From: Bryobacteraceae bacterium
Lineage (GTDB): Bacteria > Acidobacteriota > Terriglobia > Bryobacterales > Bryobacteraceae
DNA: 64,000 bases
Assembly (NCBI GenBank): GCA_036272575.1
Contig: DATAYL010000543.1
Span: forward strand, 25,313-89,312
Direction of reading: 5' to 3'
Notes under the pieces: generated by a model
Told to the model about the DNA's origin: nothing
Databases searched by the model: none
The model's input: the letters and a program-made list of their open reading frames with translations, nothing else
Translations under genes and position numbers: made by a program
Part shown: piece after piece, positions 27,555-37,632 of the stretch
How the letters are laid out: every line of letters begins with the position of its first letter
How positions within the stretch are numbered: position 1 is the first letter of the stretch

Positions 27555-28976
27555 ATGAATCGTAGAAAGTTTCATTCCGTGTTGGCCGGCATGGCAGTCG
27601 CGACCTCCTCGGGCGCTGCCTTCGCCCGGCAAGGCGCGAAGCATTTCGAGCCCACCTGGGATTCACTGTCGCAGCATCAAGTCCCTGAGTGGTATCAGGA
27701 TGCCAAATTCGGAATTTTTATTCATTGGGGACTCTATTCTGTGCCGGCTTGGGCTCCCCCTACCGGTGAACTCGGCAAAGTGGATTGGATCACCTGGTTC
27801 ACTAATAATCCCTACGCCGAGTGGTATCTCAATTCGCTGCGCATCGTCGGCTCACCCACTTATAAGCACCACCTTGCGACCTACGGCAAAAACTTCGATT
27901 ATTATCAGTTCACCGATTCGTTCAATCGACAGACCACGGAGTGGAGGCCGGAAGCATGGGCCGCGCTCTTCAAGAAAACCGGCGCGCGCTACGTCGTCCT
28001 CACCACCAAACACCACGACGGTTTCCGGCTCTGGCCATCGAGCGTCCAGAACCCCAAAGCGGCTGGCCGGAACCTCACAGCCAAACGAGACATTGCGGGC
28101 GATCTTACGCAAGCCGTCCGCTCAGCTGGCATGAAGATGGGCCTCTACTATTCGGGTGGGCTCGATTGGACCTTCACCAGCGAACCCATTCGCAACCGCC
28201 AGGACCTCATGGCGCGCATCCCGCAAACGCAGGAGTACGCAAGCTACGCCGACGCTCACTGGCGTGAACTGATTCGGCGTTATCACCCCGCTGTTCTCTG
28301 GAATGATATCGGTTACCCCAAGCTCGGCCAAACCGCACAGATCTTTGCCGATTACTACAACACCGTGCCGGACGGACTGGTGGATAATCGCTTCAGTGTT
28401 CCCTTCGCCGACTTCACCACGCCAGAGTATGCCAAGTACGACAAAATCACTGCCAAGAAATGGGAGTCATGCCGCGGACTCGGCTTCAGTTTTGGCTATA
28501 ACCAGGTGGAGGGGCCCGAACAAGTTATCGCATCCGATAAACTCATCGCGCTGCTGGTCGATATCGTCAGCAAGAATGGCAACCTGCTGCTGAACATCGG
28601 CCCTCGCCCTAACGGCACGATCTCCGATATTCAGGCTGACCGCCTACATCAGCTTGGCGACTGGCTCAGCGTAAATGGCGAAGGCATCTTCGCTTCACGC
28701 CCTTGGGTTCGTCCGTCGGCGTCCGCGGCTGATGGCACGGAGGTGCGCTTCACTCGGCGCGACAACAGCCTGTATGCGTTCTTCCTAAACCGGCCTGAAG
28801 GCAAGCCGCTAACAATTCCCGGCTTGCATGTCGCCAACGCCTCGGTGGAAATTCTGGGGGCGTCCTCAAAACCGGCGTTCCATCAGGGCAGTGACGATTT
28901 CGTGATTGAACCTTCCGGACCGCTTGCCTCGAAGTACGCCGTCACCGCGAAGATAACTCCCGCGCCACAAGCCTGA
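27555..28976 (+). CDS. alpha-L-fucosidase, GH29 (second copy, RR-containing signal)
   Basis: WYQDAKFGIFIHWGLYSVPAW and TKHHDGFRLWPS. N-terminus is MNRRKFHSVLAGMAVATSSGAAFA. Confidence 0.9.
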   Translation: MNRRKFHSVLAGMAVATSSGAAFARQGAKHFEPTWDSLSQHQVPEWYQDAKFGIFIHWGLYSVPAWAPPTGELGKVDWITWFTNNPYAEWYLNSLRIVGSPTYKHHLATYGKNFDYYQFTDSFNRQTTEWRPEAWAALFKKTGARYVVLTTKHHDGFRLWPSSVQNPKAAGRNLTAKRDIAGDLTQAVRSAGMKMGLYYSGGLDWTFTSEPIRNRQDLMARIPQTQEYASYADAHWRELIRRYHPAVLWNDIGYPKLGQTAQIFADYYNTVPDGLVDNRFSVPFADFTTPEYAKYDKITAKKWESCRGLGFSFGYNQVEGPEQVIASDKLIALLVDIVSKNGNLLLNIGPRPNGTISDIQADRLHQLGDWLSVNGEGIFASRPWVRPSASAADGTEVRFTRRDNSLYAFFLNRPEGKPLTIPGLHVANASVEILGASSKPAFHQGSDDFVIEPSGPLASKYAVTAKITPAPQA

Positions 28977-28999
28977 AGCGTATCTGTCCGCGTGAAAAG

Positions 29000-29788
29000 A
29001 TGGTTTCTTTGGTCACCAAACGTGCTCAACCCAGCTACTTCGTTCCGGCGCTTGAAAAAGGGCTCGACATACTCGAAGCCCTGGCCAATGCCTCCATTCC
29101 ACAGTCGCTTGCAGATCTCGCTCGTACTCTGAATCGCACGTCGAGCGAGCTCTTTCGTATGATCGACGCTCTCGAAAAACGGAGCTACATCTTCCGTGAT
29201 CCCGTCTCCGGCGGTTATCACCTCACGCTGAAACTCTACGAACTCGCTCACATCCATTCGCCTGTCGATCAGTTGCTCCGCGCCGCCGACTATCCAATGC
29301 GCGAGCTCTCCCAGAATATTCATGAATCGTGCCATCTCTCGCTCCTGAGCGGTTCCGTGCTCCTCGTCGTCGCTCAAGCCGAAAGTTCTGAGCCCGTGCG
29401 CCTGTCGATCGAAGTCGGCTCCCGCGTTGCTCCGCTTCAGACCGTGTCCGGCAAACTGCTTCTTGCTTTTCTCGAGCGCGACGCGCAGCAGCGTTTCCTC
29501 GCCGATGATGCCGTTTACGCGAAACTGTCGGGGGCCGGGCGAAAGGCGCTGCATCGCGAGTTTGCCATTATGCGCCGCGACGGCTGGTTCATGGCGGAAA
29601 GTACGCGCCGCATCGGCCTTGATATCTCGCATATTGTCGGCAATCCCGTCGTTGGCGTATCAGCGGCGCTTGGCGTGCCGTTGCTCGCAGGCGGCGCCAA
29701 TCAAGGTAAGGAGAAAAGCATCATCCCGGCGCTCAGGCAATGCGCTCATCAGATCACCGATCTGCTTGGCGTCACGCGCGGTGTCTGA
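29000..29788 (+). CDS. IclR family transcriptional regulator
   Basis: PALEKGLDILEALANASIPQSLADLARTLNRTSSELFRMIDALEKRSYI is an IclR-type winged HTH. The C-terminal effector domain has the right length. Confidence 0.85.
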   Translation: MVSLVTKRAQPSYFVPALEKGLDILEALANASIPQSLADLARTLNRTSSELFRMIDALEKRSYIFRDPVSGGYHLTLKLYELAHIHSPVDQLLRAADYPMRELSQNIHESCHLSLLSGSVLLVVAQAESSEPVRLSIEVGSRVAPLQTVSGKLLLAFLERDAQQRFLADDAVYAKLSGAGRKALHREFAIMRRDGWFMAESTRRIGLDISHIVGNPVVGVSAALGVPLLAGGANQGKEKSIIPALRQCAHQITDLLGVTRGV

Positions 29789-29797
29789 CTTAATCGC

Positions 29798-30244
29798 TCA
29801 CCGGCCGGCGCGCATCTCCACAAGCAGCAGGTGTTCACAGGCCAGCACCACTTCCCCCTGCTGATTCCTTACCTCACACGCCTCTACCACAACGCCGTAC
29901 CCGGGACGTTTGGCGTCCTCCCGTTTTTCCTTGATCCACGCCTTAGTACGGATGGTATCGCCAATAAACACCGGGCGCACAAAGCGCAGACGGTCATAGC
30001 CATACGACATGGCTCGTGGATTGATTTCACCTGCCGTCTGCCCTATGGCCACGCTGAAAATCAAAGTCCCGTGCGCCATGCGCCGCTCAAACGGCTGCTG
30101 CTTGCACCACTCGGCATCCATGTGGTGCGGGTAGAAATCGCCGGTTTGCCCGGCGTGCAGCACGATGTCGGCCTCGGTAATTGTTCGTCCGCTTGTTTCG
30201 CGCGTCGTTTCGGTCTCATAATCCTCGAAGTAGCGTTCCCGCAT
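29798..30244 (-). CDS. MaoC-like (hot-dog fold) dehydratase
   Basis: [27 protein letters not shown]...[13 protein letters not shown] is the MaoC hydratase motif region. Start set at ATG 30244. Confidence 0.75.
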   Translation of the reverse strand: MRERYFEDYETETTRETSGRTITEADIVLHAGQTGDFYPHHMDAEWCKQQPFERRMAHGTLIFSVAIGQTAGEINPRAMSYGYDRLRFVRPVFIGDTIRTKAWIKEKREDAKRPGYGVVVEACEVRNQQGEVVLACEHLLLVEMRAGR

Positions 30245-30302
30245 CACTTTCCCTCTGCTGTTGAGATATTTCTTTATTAAACAATCCATTCACCTGTAAA
30301 AT

Positions 30303-32999
30303 ATGAAATCATTGTCGAAACAAGGGGAGCCTTGCATGCTTCACAATTCGATCAAGTCCGCCGAAGAAGCGCCAACCAGGCGCACGTTCGTTGCTGCCCT
30401 CACAGGAGCAGCCGCTCTGAGGACGAACGTACTCGCGGCTTCGGCCGAATCGGCGGCTAAACGCAAAGTTTACTTAGTTCCCAACTTCCATCCGGCCAGT
30501 TGCGGCTGGCTCACCACCTTTTCCCGCGAGCGCGTCTACTGCGCCAACAGCTACCTGAACCATCTCGACCGGGTGCGCGACGATCCACACTACGAATTCG
30601 TCATCTCGGAGGTCAACAATATCATCGCCATCATGAATTTCCAGCCGGAGCGCATTCCCGAGCTGAAGGAGCGCATTCGCCAAGCCCGCGTGGAAGCGGT
30701 GAACGGTTATTTTCTTGAATCGGCGATCAATTTATCGGGCGGTGAGGCACTGGCTCGTCTCGGCGTCGAAGGCCTACGCTGGTATGAACAGGTCTTTGGA
30801 GTTCGGCCGCGCTTCTCCTGGAACATCGACGTTTGCGGCACTCACGGGCAGATGCCGCAAATCGCCTCCGAACTCGGCTTCGACGCGCTGGTTTACACGC
30901 GCCGTAATCCCACACACAAAACGCTCTTCTGGTCGGTTTCGCCCGATGGATCCCGTATTCTCACGCTCTGTCCCGGTCACTACAGCGAACTGCACCCCAT
31001 CTTCAACACGAGGGTTCCTCTCACGGATTCGCAGTTCGCTGAAATTGAAAAGATCATCGCCGCGAAAGAACCCTTCACTCCGCAAAATGCTCCCTTGCTC
31101 GTGCTGGTGGGCGCGGACGACTATGCCCTGGCGCCACTTTACAAAAATTATCCCAGTGAATTTCTCGACCAGTGGCCGGAAAAGCAACCAGGTCGCGAGC
31201 TCACTTTCTCAACACTAAGCAAGTATCTCGACGCCGTGCTGCCGGGCATCCATTCAGGCGAAATCGCAATTCCTACTGCCGAGGGCGGCACGTCCTACGA
31301 CTTCGACGCTTTCTGGATTGAGAATCCGCGCGTCAAAACCTGGTACCGGAGCAATGAACATCTTCTCCAAGCAGCCGAAGCGCTGGCTACCATGGCGAGT
31401 CTGTCCGGACAATTCGCTTATCCAGTAGAGCCGCTGCATCAGGCCTGGATTCTCATGTGCCTGAATATGGACCGCAACACAATCTGGGGGTCCGCCGGAG
31501 GCATGGTCTTCGAAGATCCTGTTTCCTGGGACGTGCAGGACCGCCTCGCCTGGATCGAGCATACCGCCAGCCAGGTGATCGCCGACGCAGGCGCCGCTCT
31601 CGGTTCCGGCAGTCAATCTGCGAATCTATTTAATCCGCTCAATTGGGACCGGAACGACCCCGTGGCTCTCCACTTGCCTGCTAACACGAGTCTTGCTAAC
31701 ACCGCTTGTGAAGCTTTGCCCGACGGTTTTACGCTATGCCAGCCGCGCTTATCCGGGGTCGCGATTCAGTCCGTTGAACTCACGCCTGTCGCGCCGGCCG
31801 CCCCTAAACCGCGCCAACTCGCCGGACCCATCGAAACCGGCTCCTATGTGGTTAGCCTCGATCCGCAAACCGGTTCTCTCAAAAGCTTGCGTCTCAAAAA
31901 GAGCGGTCGCGAGTTGCTTGGCGGCCCTGCCAACGTGATCGTTGCCGAACGCCCACTCCTGGAACGAAAACACGATGACCCAGGCGATCACATGCCGCCT
32001 CGTTCCGGACGGCAACGGCTTGGCACGTCAGATCAGCATCCCGCCAGCATCACTGCCTATGAAGGGCCGGTTGCAGTTACTGTCAAGGTGGAAGGCGCAT
32101 TCTTTGATGGCGGCGGCATGCGTCGCACCATGCGCTTCTATCATGATCATCCGCGCATCGATTTTGAAACCGAGCTGCACAATGTTCCCAATTACACAGT
32201 CGTTGTCGCTGAGTTTCCGCTAGCCGACGATATCCTCGAAGTACGTCGCGGAGTTCCTTTTGGCTTCTCTCACGGCGCCTGGTCGCAACCTAACCCTGAA
32301 CTGCACGGCTGGACCAAAGGTATTGTCCCGGCAGTTCGCTGGACGCACTATTCGCTTCGCGGCGGCGGAAGCTTCGCGCTACTCGATCGTGGTCTCACCG
32401 GCCGCGAGCTAGATGCGCGTACGCCGCTTCTCTATCTCATGAACGCGGAGGATAAGTACTGGGGATATCCGAATAGCTGGTTGAGCGGCCGGGGTAGTCA
32501 TCTCTTTCAATACGCGCTGATCGCACAGGCAGAAGATTGGCCCGCAGCGCGTGTTCCGCAGTGCGCTTGGGAATACAACAGCGTGCCTTCAGTTGTCCAG
32601 GGCCAAAGCAGCGGCTCAGCGCTGGAAACTTCGCCCAATGTAATTGTCGAAGCGATGCGCCGCGAAGGCGACCACGTTGAGCTGCGCCTCCTCGAGTGCT
32701 ACGGCGCGTCAGGTATCGCCACGATCGAGTTGCGCCTGCCGCACCAGCGGGCCACGATCACGGATTTTACAGGGCGTGTCAAAACTGTTCTGCCTCATTC
32801 GGCCCGCTACAGCATTCCTGTGCGGCCGCAGCAAATTGTCACGCTGCAATTTGAAACCGCCGCAAAACTCAGCGTGCCGGAACCGATCAAAGCGTGGGAT
32901 CCCTTCGTGCCGCCGGCGAAGTTGGCCGCCCTGCATGACTATGATCCTTCGCTGATCGGCCACCCGCCTTTCGGAACAGAACCCCCGCCACCGGGTTGA
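30303..32999 (+). CDS. GH38-like glycoside hydrolase (alpha-mannosidase family), Tat signal, divergent metal motif
   Basis: TRRTFVAALTGAAALRTNVLAASA signal. YLVPNFHPASCGW...NGYFLESAINLSGGEALARL...SWNIDVCGTHGQMPQIASELGFDALVYTR parallels the GH38 N-domain (HxHxDxxW ... GG...D.N..SGE ... W..D.FGH..Q.PQ). The family call is from pattern memory only. Confidence 0.5.
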   Translation: MKSLSKQGEPCMLHNSIKSAEEAPTRRTFVAALTGAAALRTNVLAASAESAAKRKVYLVPNFHPASCGWLTTFSRERVYCANSYLNHLDRVRDDPHYEFVISEVNNIIAIMNFQPERIPELKERIRQARVEAVNGYFLESAINLSGGEALARLGVEGLRWYEQVFGVRPRFSWNIDVCGTHGQMPQIASELGFDALVYTRRNPTHKTLFWSVSPDGSRILTLCPGHYSELHPIFNTRVPLTDSQFAEIEKIIAAKEPFTPQNAPLLVLVGADDYALAPLYKNYPSEFLDQWPEKQPGRELTFSTLSKYLDAVLPGIHSGEIAIPTAEGGTSYDFDAFWIENPRVKTWYRSNEHLLQAAEALATMASLSGQFAYPVEPLHQAWILMCLNMDRNTIWGSAGGMVFEDPVSWDVQDRLAWIEHTASQVIADAGAALGSGSQSANLFNPLNWDRNDPVALHLPANTSLANTACEALPDGFTLCQPRLSGVAIQSVELTPVAPAAPKPRQLAGPIETGSYVVSLDPQTGSLKSLRLKKSGRELLGGPANVIVAERPLLERKHDDPGDHMPPRSGRQRLGTSDQHPASITAYEGPVAVTVKVEGAFFDGGGMRRTMRFYHDHPRIDFETELHNVPNYTVVVAEFPLADDILEVRRGVPFGFSHGAWSQPNPELHGWTKGIVPAVRWTHYSLRGGGSFALLDRGLTGRELDARTPLLYLMNAEDKYWGYPNSWLSGRGSHLFQYALIAQAEDWPAARVPQCAWEYNSVPSVVQGQSSGSALETSPNVIVEAMRREGDHVELRLLECYGASGIATIELRLPHQRATITDFTGRVKTVLPHSARYSIPVRPQQIVTLQFETAAKLSVPEPIKAWDPFVPPAKLAALHDYDPSLIGHPPFGTEPPPPG

Positions 33000-33062
33000 A
33001 AGCGTCTTAAGAAAGCGTGATCCAGATCTTACTGGCGTTGTGCCCCAAGATTTCGTTTCAGA

Positions 33063-34290
33063 TCAGCGACGGTTTTGACCGGTGTAGTCCGCCACATCCT
33101 TTGCCATCATGCGGCCCTCCTGTGTCGGGACTACCCAGACCTGAATCGGCGATTCCGGCGTAGTGATGGGCGCTTCGCAATCAACCGCATCGTTATTCCG
33201 TTGTAGGTCTAGGACAGCGCCGCACCAGCCAAACCCCGCAAAGATTCGTTCGCGGATGACAGCCGTATTCTCCCCAATACCGCCGCCCACCACGATCGCG
33301 TCCGCTCCACCCAACACTGCCAGATAGGCGCCGATGTACTTACGAACGCGGTAACAGAACATGTTAACTGCCAAATTGACGGAGCGATCCGAAAGCTGCT
33401 GCCTTAGCTCACGCGTATCGGCCGAGATTCCTGAAACGCCGAGAAGTCCACATTCTTTGTTAAGAAACTTCTCTGCTCCGGCCGTGTCCATGTTTTCTTT
33501 TCGCATGAGATAACCGACAATTGCGGCATCGATATCGCCAGAGCGGGTACCCATCATCAGCCCTTCGAGGGGTGTGAACCCCATCGACGTATCAATAGAC
33601 TTCCCACCTTCAATGGCTGCTGCGGACGAACCTCCTTCCAGATGCAACGTGATCAGGTTCATGTCCTTGCTTGGACGGCGTGCAATTGTCGCATACCGAA
33701 TCATCATGTAGCGGTGCGATATGCCGTGAAATCCGTATCGCCGGATTCCATGTCGCCGGGCAAGATCGAGCGGAAGGGGATAAAGGGCCGCTTCCTCGGG
33801 AATCGTTCGATGAAAGACAGTATCGAATACCGCAACCATCGCTAACCGCGGTCCCACTCTCGCCTGTGCAGCGCGGATTACCTTCAGGGCAGAAGCATTA
33901 TGGAGTAGGGCCAGATCTTCCAGCGCCTCAATTCCACTTATTACAGACTCGGTAATTTGCACGGGTCCGTTAAAACGATCCGCGCCATGCACGACTCGGT
34001 CGCCAACCCGTTCGACATCCGCCAAGCTGCGGATCCCATTCTCTTTCGCTCCGCCGTGCTCGATCCAGTCGAAGAGCAACTCCGTGGCGTGCCCATGATC
34101 CCGGATATCGACTTCCTGCTTGTAACGAGTCTGTTTATTCTCCAGGAGAGTAAAAACAGAATGCTTCCTTGCCGATATTGTCGTAACTACCGGCAATGAG
34201 GCCTCGGCCAAAGCCATCTTCCCCGGGTTCCACTGCTACGACCTCGAATTTCAGGGAATTGCTCCCAGCGTTCAACGTCAGAATATTCAT
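33063..34290 (-). pseudogene. ackA: acetate kinase, interrupted by a 1-nt frameshift near codon 45
   Basis: ORF 34135..34335 encodes MNILTLNAGSNSLKFEVV..., the AckA N-terminus, from ATG 34290. ORF 33063..34217, in a different frame, encodes the rest (VGDRVVHGADRF, LHNASAL, MVAVFDTVFH, RRYGFHGISH, TRSGDID, GGGIGEN). The two frames meet at an A5 run at 34152..34156. Confidence 0.75.
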
Positions 34291-34459
34291 CGGGTTTGTA
34301 CGATTCAGTGAAGCGTTTGGAGGCTGACACCCCAAATCGCAAGTCTTGTTCCGTTATTCAGACATGTTCGTCGCTACTAAGTCCGATCCAAAATATACTC
34401 GCGGATCGTGATCGAAACGGTGCTTACATGTTTCCGAACAGAAGTGATATCGCATCCAT

Positions 34460-34924
34460 TCAGACGGCTTGGACCTTTGTATTTCTGTTCTCGCCTGATG
34501 GCCAGAGGTCTCTTAGGTCCGCTGGCATTACGTGTATTAGCTTTTCGACTTCACCCGGTGCAACTTTCCGCGATAAGATCTGCAGCACGACGCGAACGGT
34601 GATTTCCGGATCGATGTCCGCGAGAGCGGTTTGCTCCAACTGGTCGAGAACATGCTCGAGAAACTCGTCCCGATGCATTTTAGACACCTCAAGAGTTGGC
34701 TTCCATCCTTCGTAGTAGATGCCTCGGATCAGCATGGGCAACTGTGCGCCTAGATGTGCGGTTTCCTCGATTGGCAAACGCTCACGAAGCGTATGTAGCG
34801 TGGCACGCAACGCTACATAGGCCTGCTGCCGGTTTTCAGTGCCGAATTCTTGCGCGATCTCCTGCAGCCATTCGTTCGTTTTCTGCAGTGTGGTGTCGAA
34901 TACTTCAAGGCCAGTTAAACTCAT
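34460..34924 (-). CDS. DUF2267 domain protein
   Basis: FDTTLQKTNEWLQEIAQEFG...QAYVALRATLHTLRERLPIEETAHLGAQLPMLIRGIYYEGW matches the DUF2267 pattern (two helical repeats). Confidence 0.7.
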   Translation of the reverse strand: MSLTGLEVFDTTLQKTNEWLQEIAQEFGTENRQQAYVALRATLHTLRERLPIEETAHLGAQLPMLIRGIYYEGWKPTLEVSKMHRDEFLEHVLDQLEQTALADIDPEITVRVVLQILSRKVAPGEVEKLIHVMPADLRDLWPSGENRNTKVQAV

Positions 34925-35700
34925 ATAGCGCTCCTTTCATAAAATCGAGTCGAAAAATGATTCTCAAACCAGTTATTCGCCAAGCCTGCTGCTTGTTGCA
35001 GAGTTCCTGGTTCTTCAAACAGATGTGTTGCGCCTGGAATGATCGCCAGTTGTTTTTCACATCGAAGTGCGTTCAAAGCTCTTTCATTTAATTCAAGAAC
35101 GGGCTCGTCGTTAGCGCCGACAATAAGCAGCGTTGGCGCTGTTACTTTGAGCAGTGCTGCTCCGGCGAGATCGGGTCTGCCGCCGCGCGAAACAACGGCG
35201 CGTATCGATTGCGGAACTTCAGCCGCTCCGATCAGTGCCGCCGCAGCTCCGGTGCTCGCGCCAAAATAGCCTGCAGGTAAGGCGGCAACCGACGGCTCAT
35301 TCACCAACCACCCGGTCGCATCCACCAGCCGGTTCGCAAGTAGATCGATGTCGAATCGCAGGTGCCGTGTTCGAAGGTCGATCTCCTCCTCTTCTGCCGT
35401 GAGTAAATCGAGGAGCAAGGTAGCCAATTTTGCCTTCTGCAGAACGCCAGCGACAAACCTGTTTCGCGAACTGAAGCGGCTGCTTCCGCTTCCATGGGCA
35501 AAAATAACCACCCCTTTGGCATTGCTCGGAACCATAAGATCACCAACAACGCCAGAGGGCGGAATCTGAACAGATCGTTCGGAAAGCTCGGCTTTAGCTG
35601 CCATAGATCGTGATCCTAGACTCCTGACCGGAATGTCTCTGGCACTTCTTTCAGACGCGATGCTGTGTGTTGTTCCAATGGCGTCATGAGCCGACCTCAT
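34921..35700 (-). CDS. dienelactone hydrolase-family alpha/beta hydrolase
   Basis: GVVIFAHGSGSSRFSSRNRFVAGVL...LLDLLT, with later G.STGAAAAL. ATGA overlap with the DUF2267 gene. The start may instead be ATG 35604 (MAAKAEL...). Confidence 0.75.
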   Translation of the reverse strand: MRSAHDAIGTTHSIASERSARDIPVRSLGSRSMAAKAELSERSVQIPPSGVVGDLMVPSNAKGVVIFAHGSGSSRFSSRNRFVAGVLQKAKLATLLLDLLTAEEEEIDLRTRHLRFDIDLLANRLVDATGWLVNEPSVAALPAGYFGASTGAAAALIGAAEVPQSIRAVVSRGGRPDLAGAALLKVTAPTLLIVGANDEPVLELNERALNALRCEKQLAIIPGATHLFEEPGTLQQAAGLANNWFENHFSTRFYERSAI

Positions 35701-36367
35701 GATGATCAGTGGCAGCCTGCTGTTCTGCTTCTTTTAATAGGCGTTGCACTTCATCGTCGGTTGTCTGAGAGAAATTCTCATACCAGATCCCAACTGCCAT
35801 AAATGGCTGCGGCGTGTAGGCACAGACGATTTCGTCGACATTCATACGGAACTCGTCGCAGGTTTCTTCGGCTGCCACCGGCACAGCAACCATGATGCGC
35901 GCCGGTTCTTGTAGCCGGAGGGCCTGGCTGGCTGCTTTCATGCTTGCGCCGGTCGCCAGACCGTCGTCCACGAGAATGACTGTCCGATCCCGAACTTGCA
36001 CTGGCGGCCGCCCCTGGCGGTACAGCTCTTCGCGGCGCTTCAACTCCTGGTCCTCACGGGCGGTAATCTGATCGATCAGATTCTGTGAAACCCGCAACTC
36101 TTTGACCAGCGCCTTATTTAGGACCCGGACGCCTCCGCTGGCGATCGCGCCAATTGCCAGTTCGTCCCGACCTGGCAAACCAAGCTTCCGCACTAAAAAA
36201 ATATCCAGTTCCGCATGCAATACTCGGGCGACTTCAAAGCCTACAGGCACACCGCCGCGCGGCAGCGCCAAAACCAAAGATTCGGGATCCCGAACGGAAC
36301 GAGCCACGCGTTCGGCTAACGTCTTGCCAGCATCGACGCGATCCCGAAAAATAGGATGAATTCGCAT
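35684..36367 (-). CDS. phosphoribosyltransferase-family protein
   Basis: FRDRVDAGKTLAERVA...LALPRGGVPVGFEVA...VILVDDGLATGASM is the PRPP-binding loop. Confidence 0.8.
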   Translation of the reverse strand: MRIHPIFRDRVDAGKTLAERVARSVRDPESLVLALPRGGVPVGFEVARVLHAELDIFLVRKLGLPGRDELAIGAIASGGVRVLNKALVKELRVSQNLIDQITAREDQELKRREELYRQGRPPVQVRDRTVILVDDGLATGASMKAASQALRLQEPARIMVAVPVAAEETCDEFRMNVDEIVCAYTPQPFMAVGIWYENFSQTTDDEVQRLLKEAEQQAATDHHEVGS

Positions 36368-36565
36368 GCGTCACTGCTCTCTTCAATGCGTAGTTCCTGT
36401 ATTGAGGACGCCGGCAACTGGCTTGCGTTTCGTAATGAACTGCTACCTTCCTACCGGTCGTTATTGGTATGACCTCAGCTCGGCGACTGGGAATTGTACG
36501 ATCTGCTTCCGCCCGATCGAAACCCGATATGGGCCGGCACGCAGCGCCCTGAGATTCGCGTGCCC

Positions 36566-37627
36566 TTAGCCGAACTTGATCAGGCTCAACTCGCGCAGGC
36601 TCTCTTGGTATGGTGGACGAGCGACGCCGCGTTCCGTGATAATCCCCGAAACATAGCGTGCCGGCGTCACATCGAACGCCGGATTCGCCACGTGAATGCC
36701 CTCGGGCGCGATTACCACACCTTGCACTTGCGTCACTTCTTTCGAGGCGCGTTCTTCAATTGGAATCAAGTCGCCCGACTCGAGCGTAAGATCGAGCGTC
36801 GAAATGGGAGCCGCCACATAGAACGGCACTTTATTCTCTTTGGCAAGCACAGCCACGCTATACGTGCCGACCTTGTTCGCGACATCGCCGTTCGCCGCAA
36901 TCCGGTCCGCCCCCACCACTACGCAACCGATTCGCCCGCTTTTCAAGAAATGGCCAGCCATGTTATCGGTGATCAAAGTAGTATCAATGCCGTCGCGCTG
37001 CAATTCCCAGGCGGTGAGCCGCGCGCCCTGCAGGAAAGGCCGCGTTTCGTCGGCGAAAACATCGATCTTCTTGCCCGCTTCGACCGCCGCCCGAATCACT
37101 CCCAGCGCCGTTCCGAATCCAGCCGTTGCCAGCGCTCCTGCGTTGCAATGGGTCAGCACCGTTTTTCCATCCGGCACCAGGGGCGCGCCATTCTTACCAA
37201 TTGCCCGGTTGATCGCGATATCTTCCCTACGAATCTGCGCCGCTTCCTCCACCATTCGCTCGCGAATTGCGGGGAGGTTCAGATGCTTCACGGATGCAAA
37301 CACGTTTTTCATCCGATCGATAGCCCAAAAAAGATTGACTGCAGTGGGCCTCGTCTTCGCGAGTGTCTCGCAAATCAACGGCATGTCGGCTGCCGGATCA
37401 TCCGATTGCAAAACGCCGATCGCTACGCCCATGGCCGCGGCCACGCCAATCGCCGGAGCTCCGCGAATGATCATCGTGCGGATCGCGTCGGCCACTTCGA
37501 TGTAGTTGCGGCAAGTGACAAATGCGGTCTCGAGCGGCAAACGCGTCTGATCGATCATCACCACGCCCGCCGGCGTCCATTCAATCGTTTCTATCGTGCT
37601 TTGAGCTAAGGTCGCGTTTTGAGTCAT
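36566..37627 (-). CDS. mtnA: S-methyl-5-thioribose-1-phosphate isomerase (eIF-2B alpha/beta/delta-like)
   Basis: [53 protein letters not shown] and [18 protein letters not shown]. Start set at ATG 37627, 5 nt after the CPBP gene stop. Confidence 0.85.
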   Translation of the reverse strand: MTQNATLAQSTIETIEWTPAGVVMIDQTRLPLETAFVTCRNYIEVADAIRTMIIRGAPAIGVAAAMGVAIGVLQSDDPAADMPLICETLAKTRPTAVNLFWAIDRMKNVFASVKHLNLPAIRERMVEEAAQIRREDIAINRAIGKNGAPLVPDGKTVLTHCNAGALATAGFGTALGVIRAAVEAGKKIDVFADETRPFLQGARLTAWELQRDGIDTTLITDNMAGHFLKSGRIGCVVVGADRIAANGDVANKVGTYSVAVLAKENKVPFYVAAPISTLDLTLESGDLIPIEERASKEVTQVQGVVIAPEGIHVANPAFDVTPARYVSGIITERGVARPPYQESLRELSLIKFG

Positions 37628-37632
37628 GTGTC

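Noticed and set aside
28883-29632. 249-aa ORF on the minus strand
   Set aside because: It is antisense to the IclR regulator and the end of the second fucosidase. It has no motifs and no RBS.
36494-37609. 371-aa ORF on the + strand
   Set aside because: It is antisense to mtnA, whose product has clear eIF-2B-like motifs. The product is Arg/His-rich nonsense. Likewise 36840..37505.
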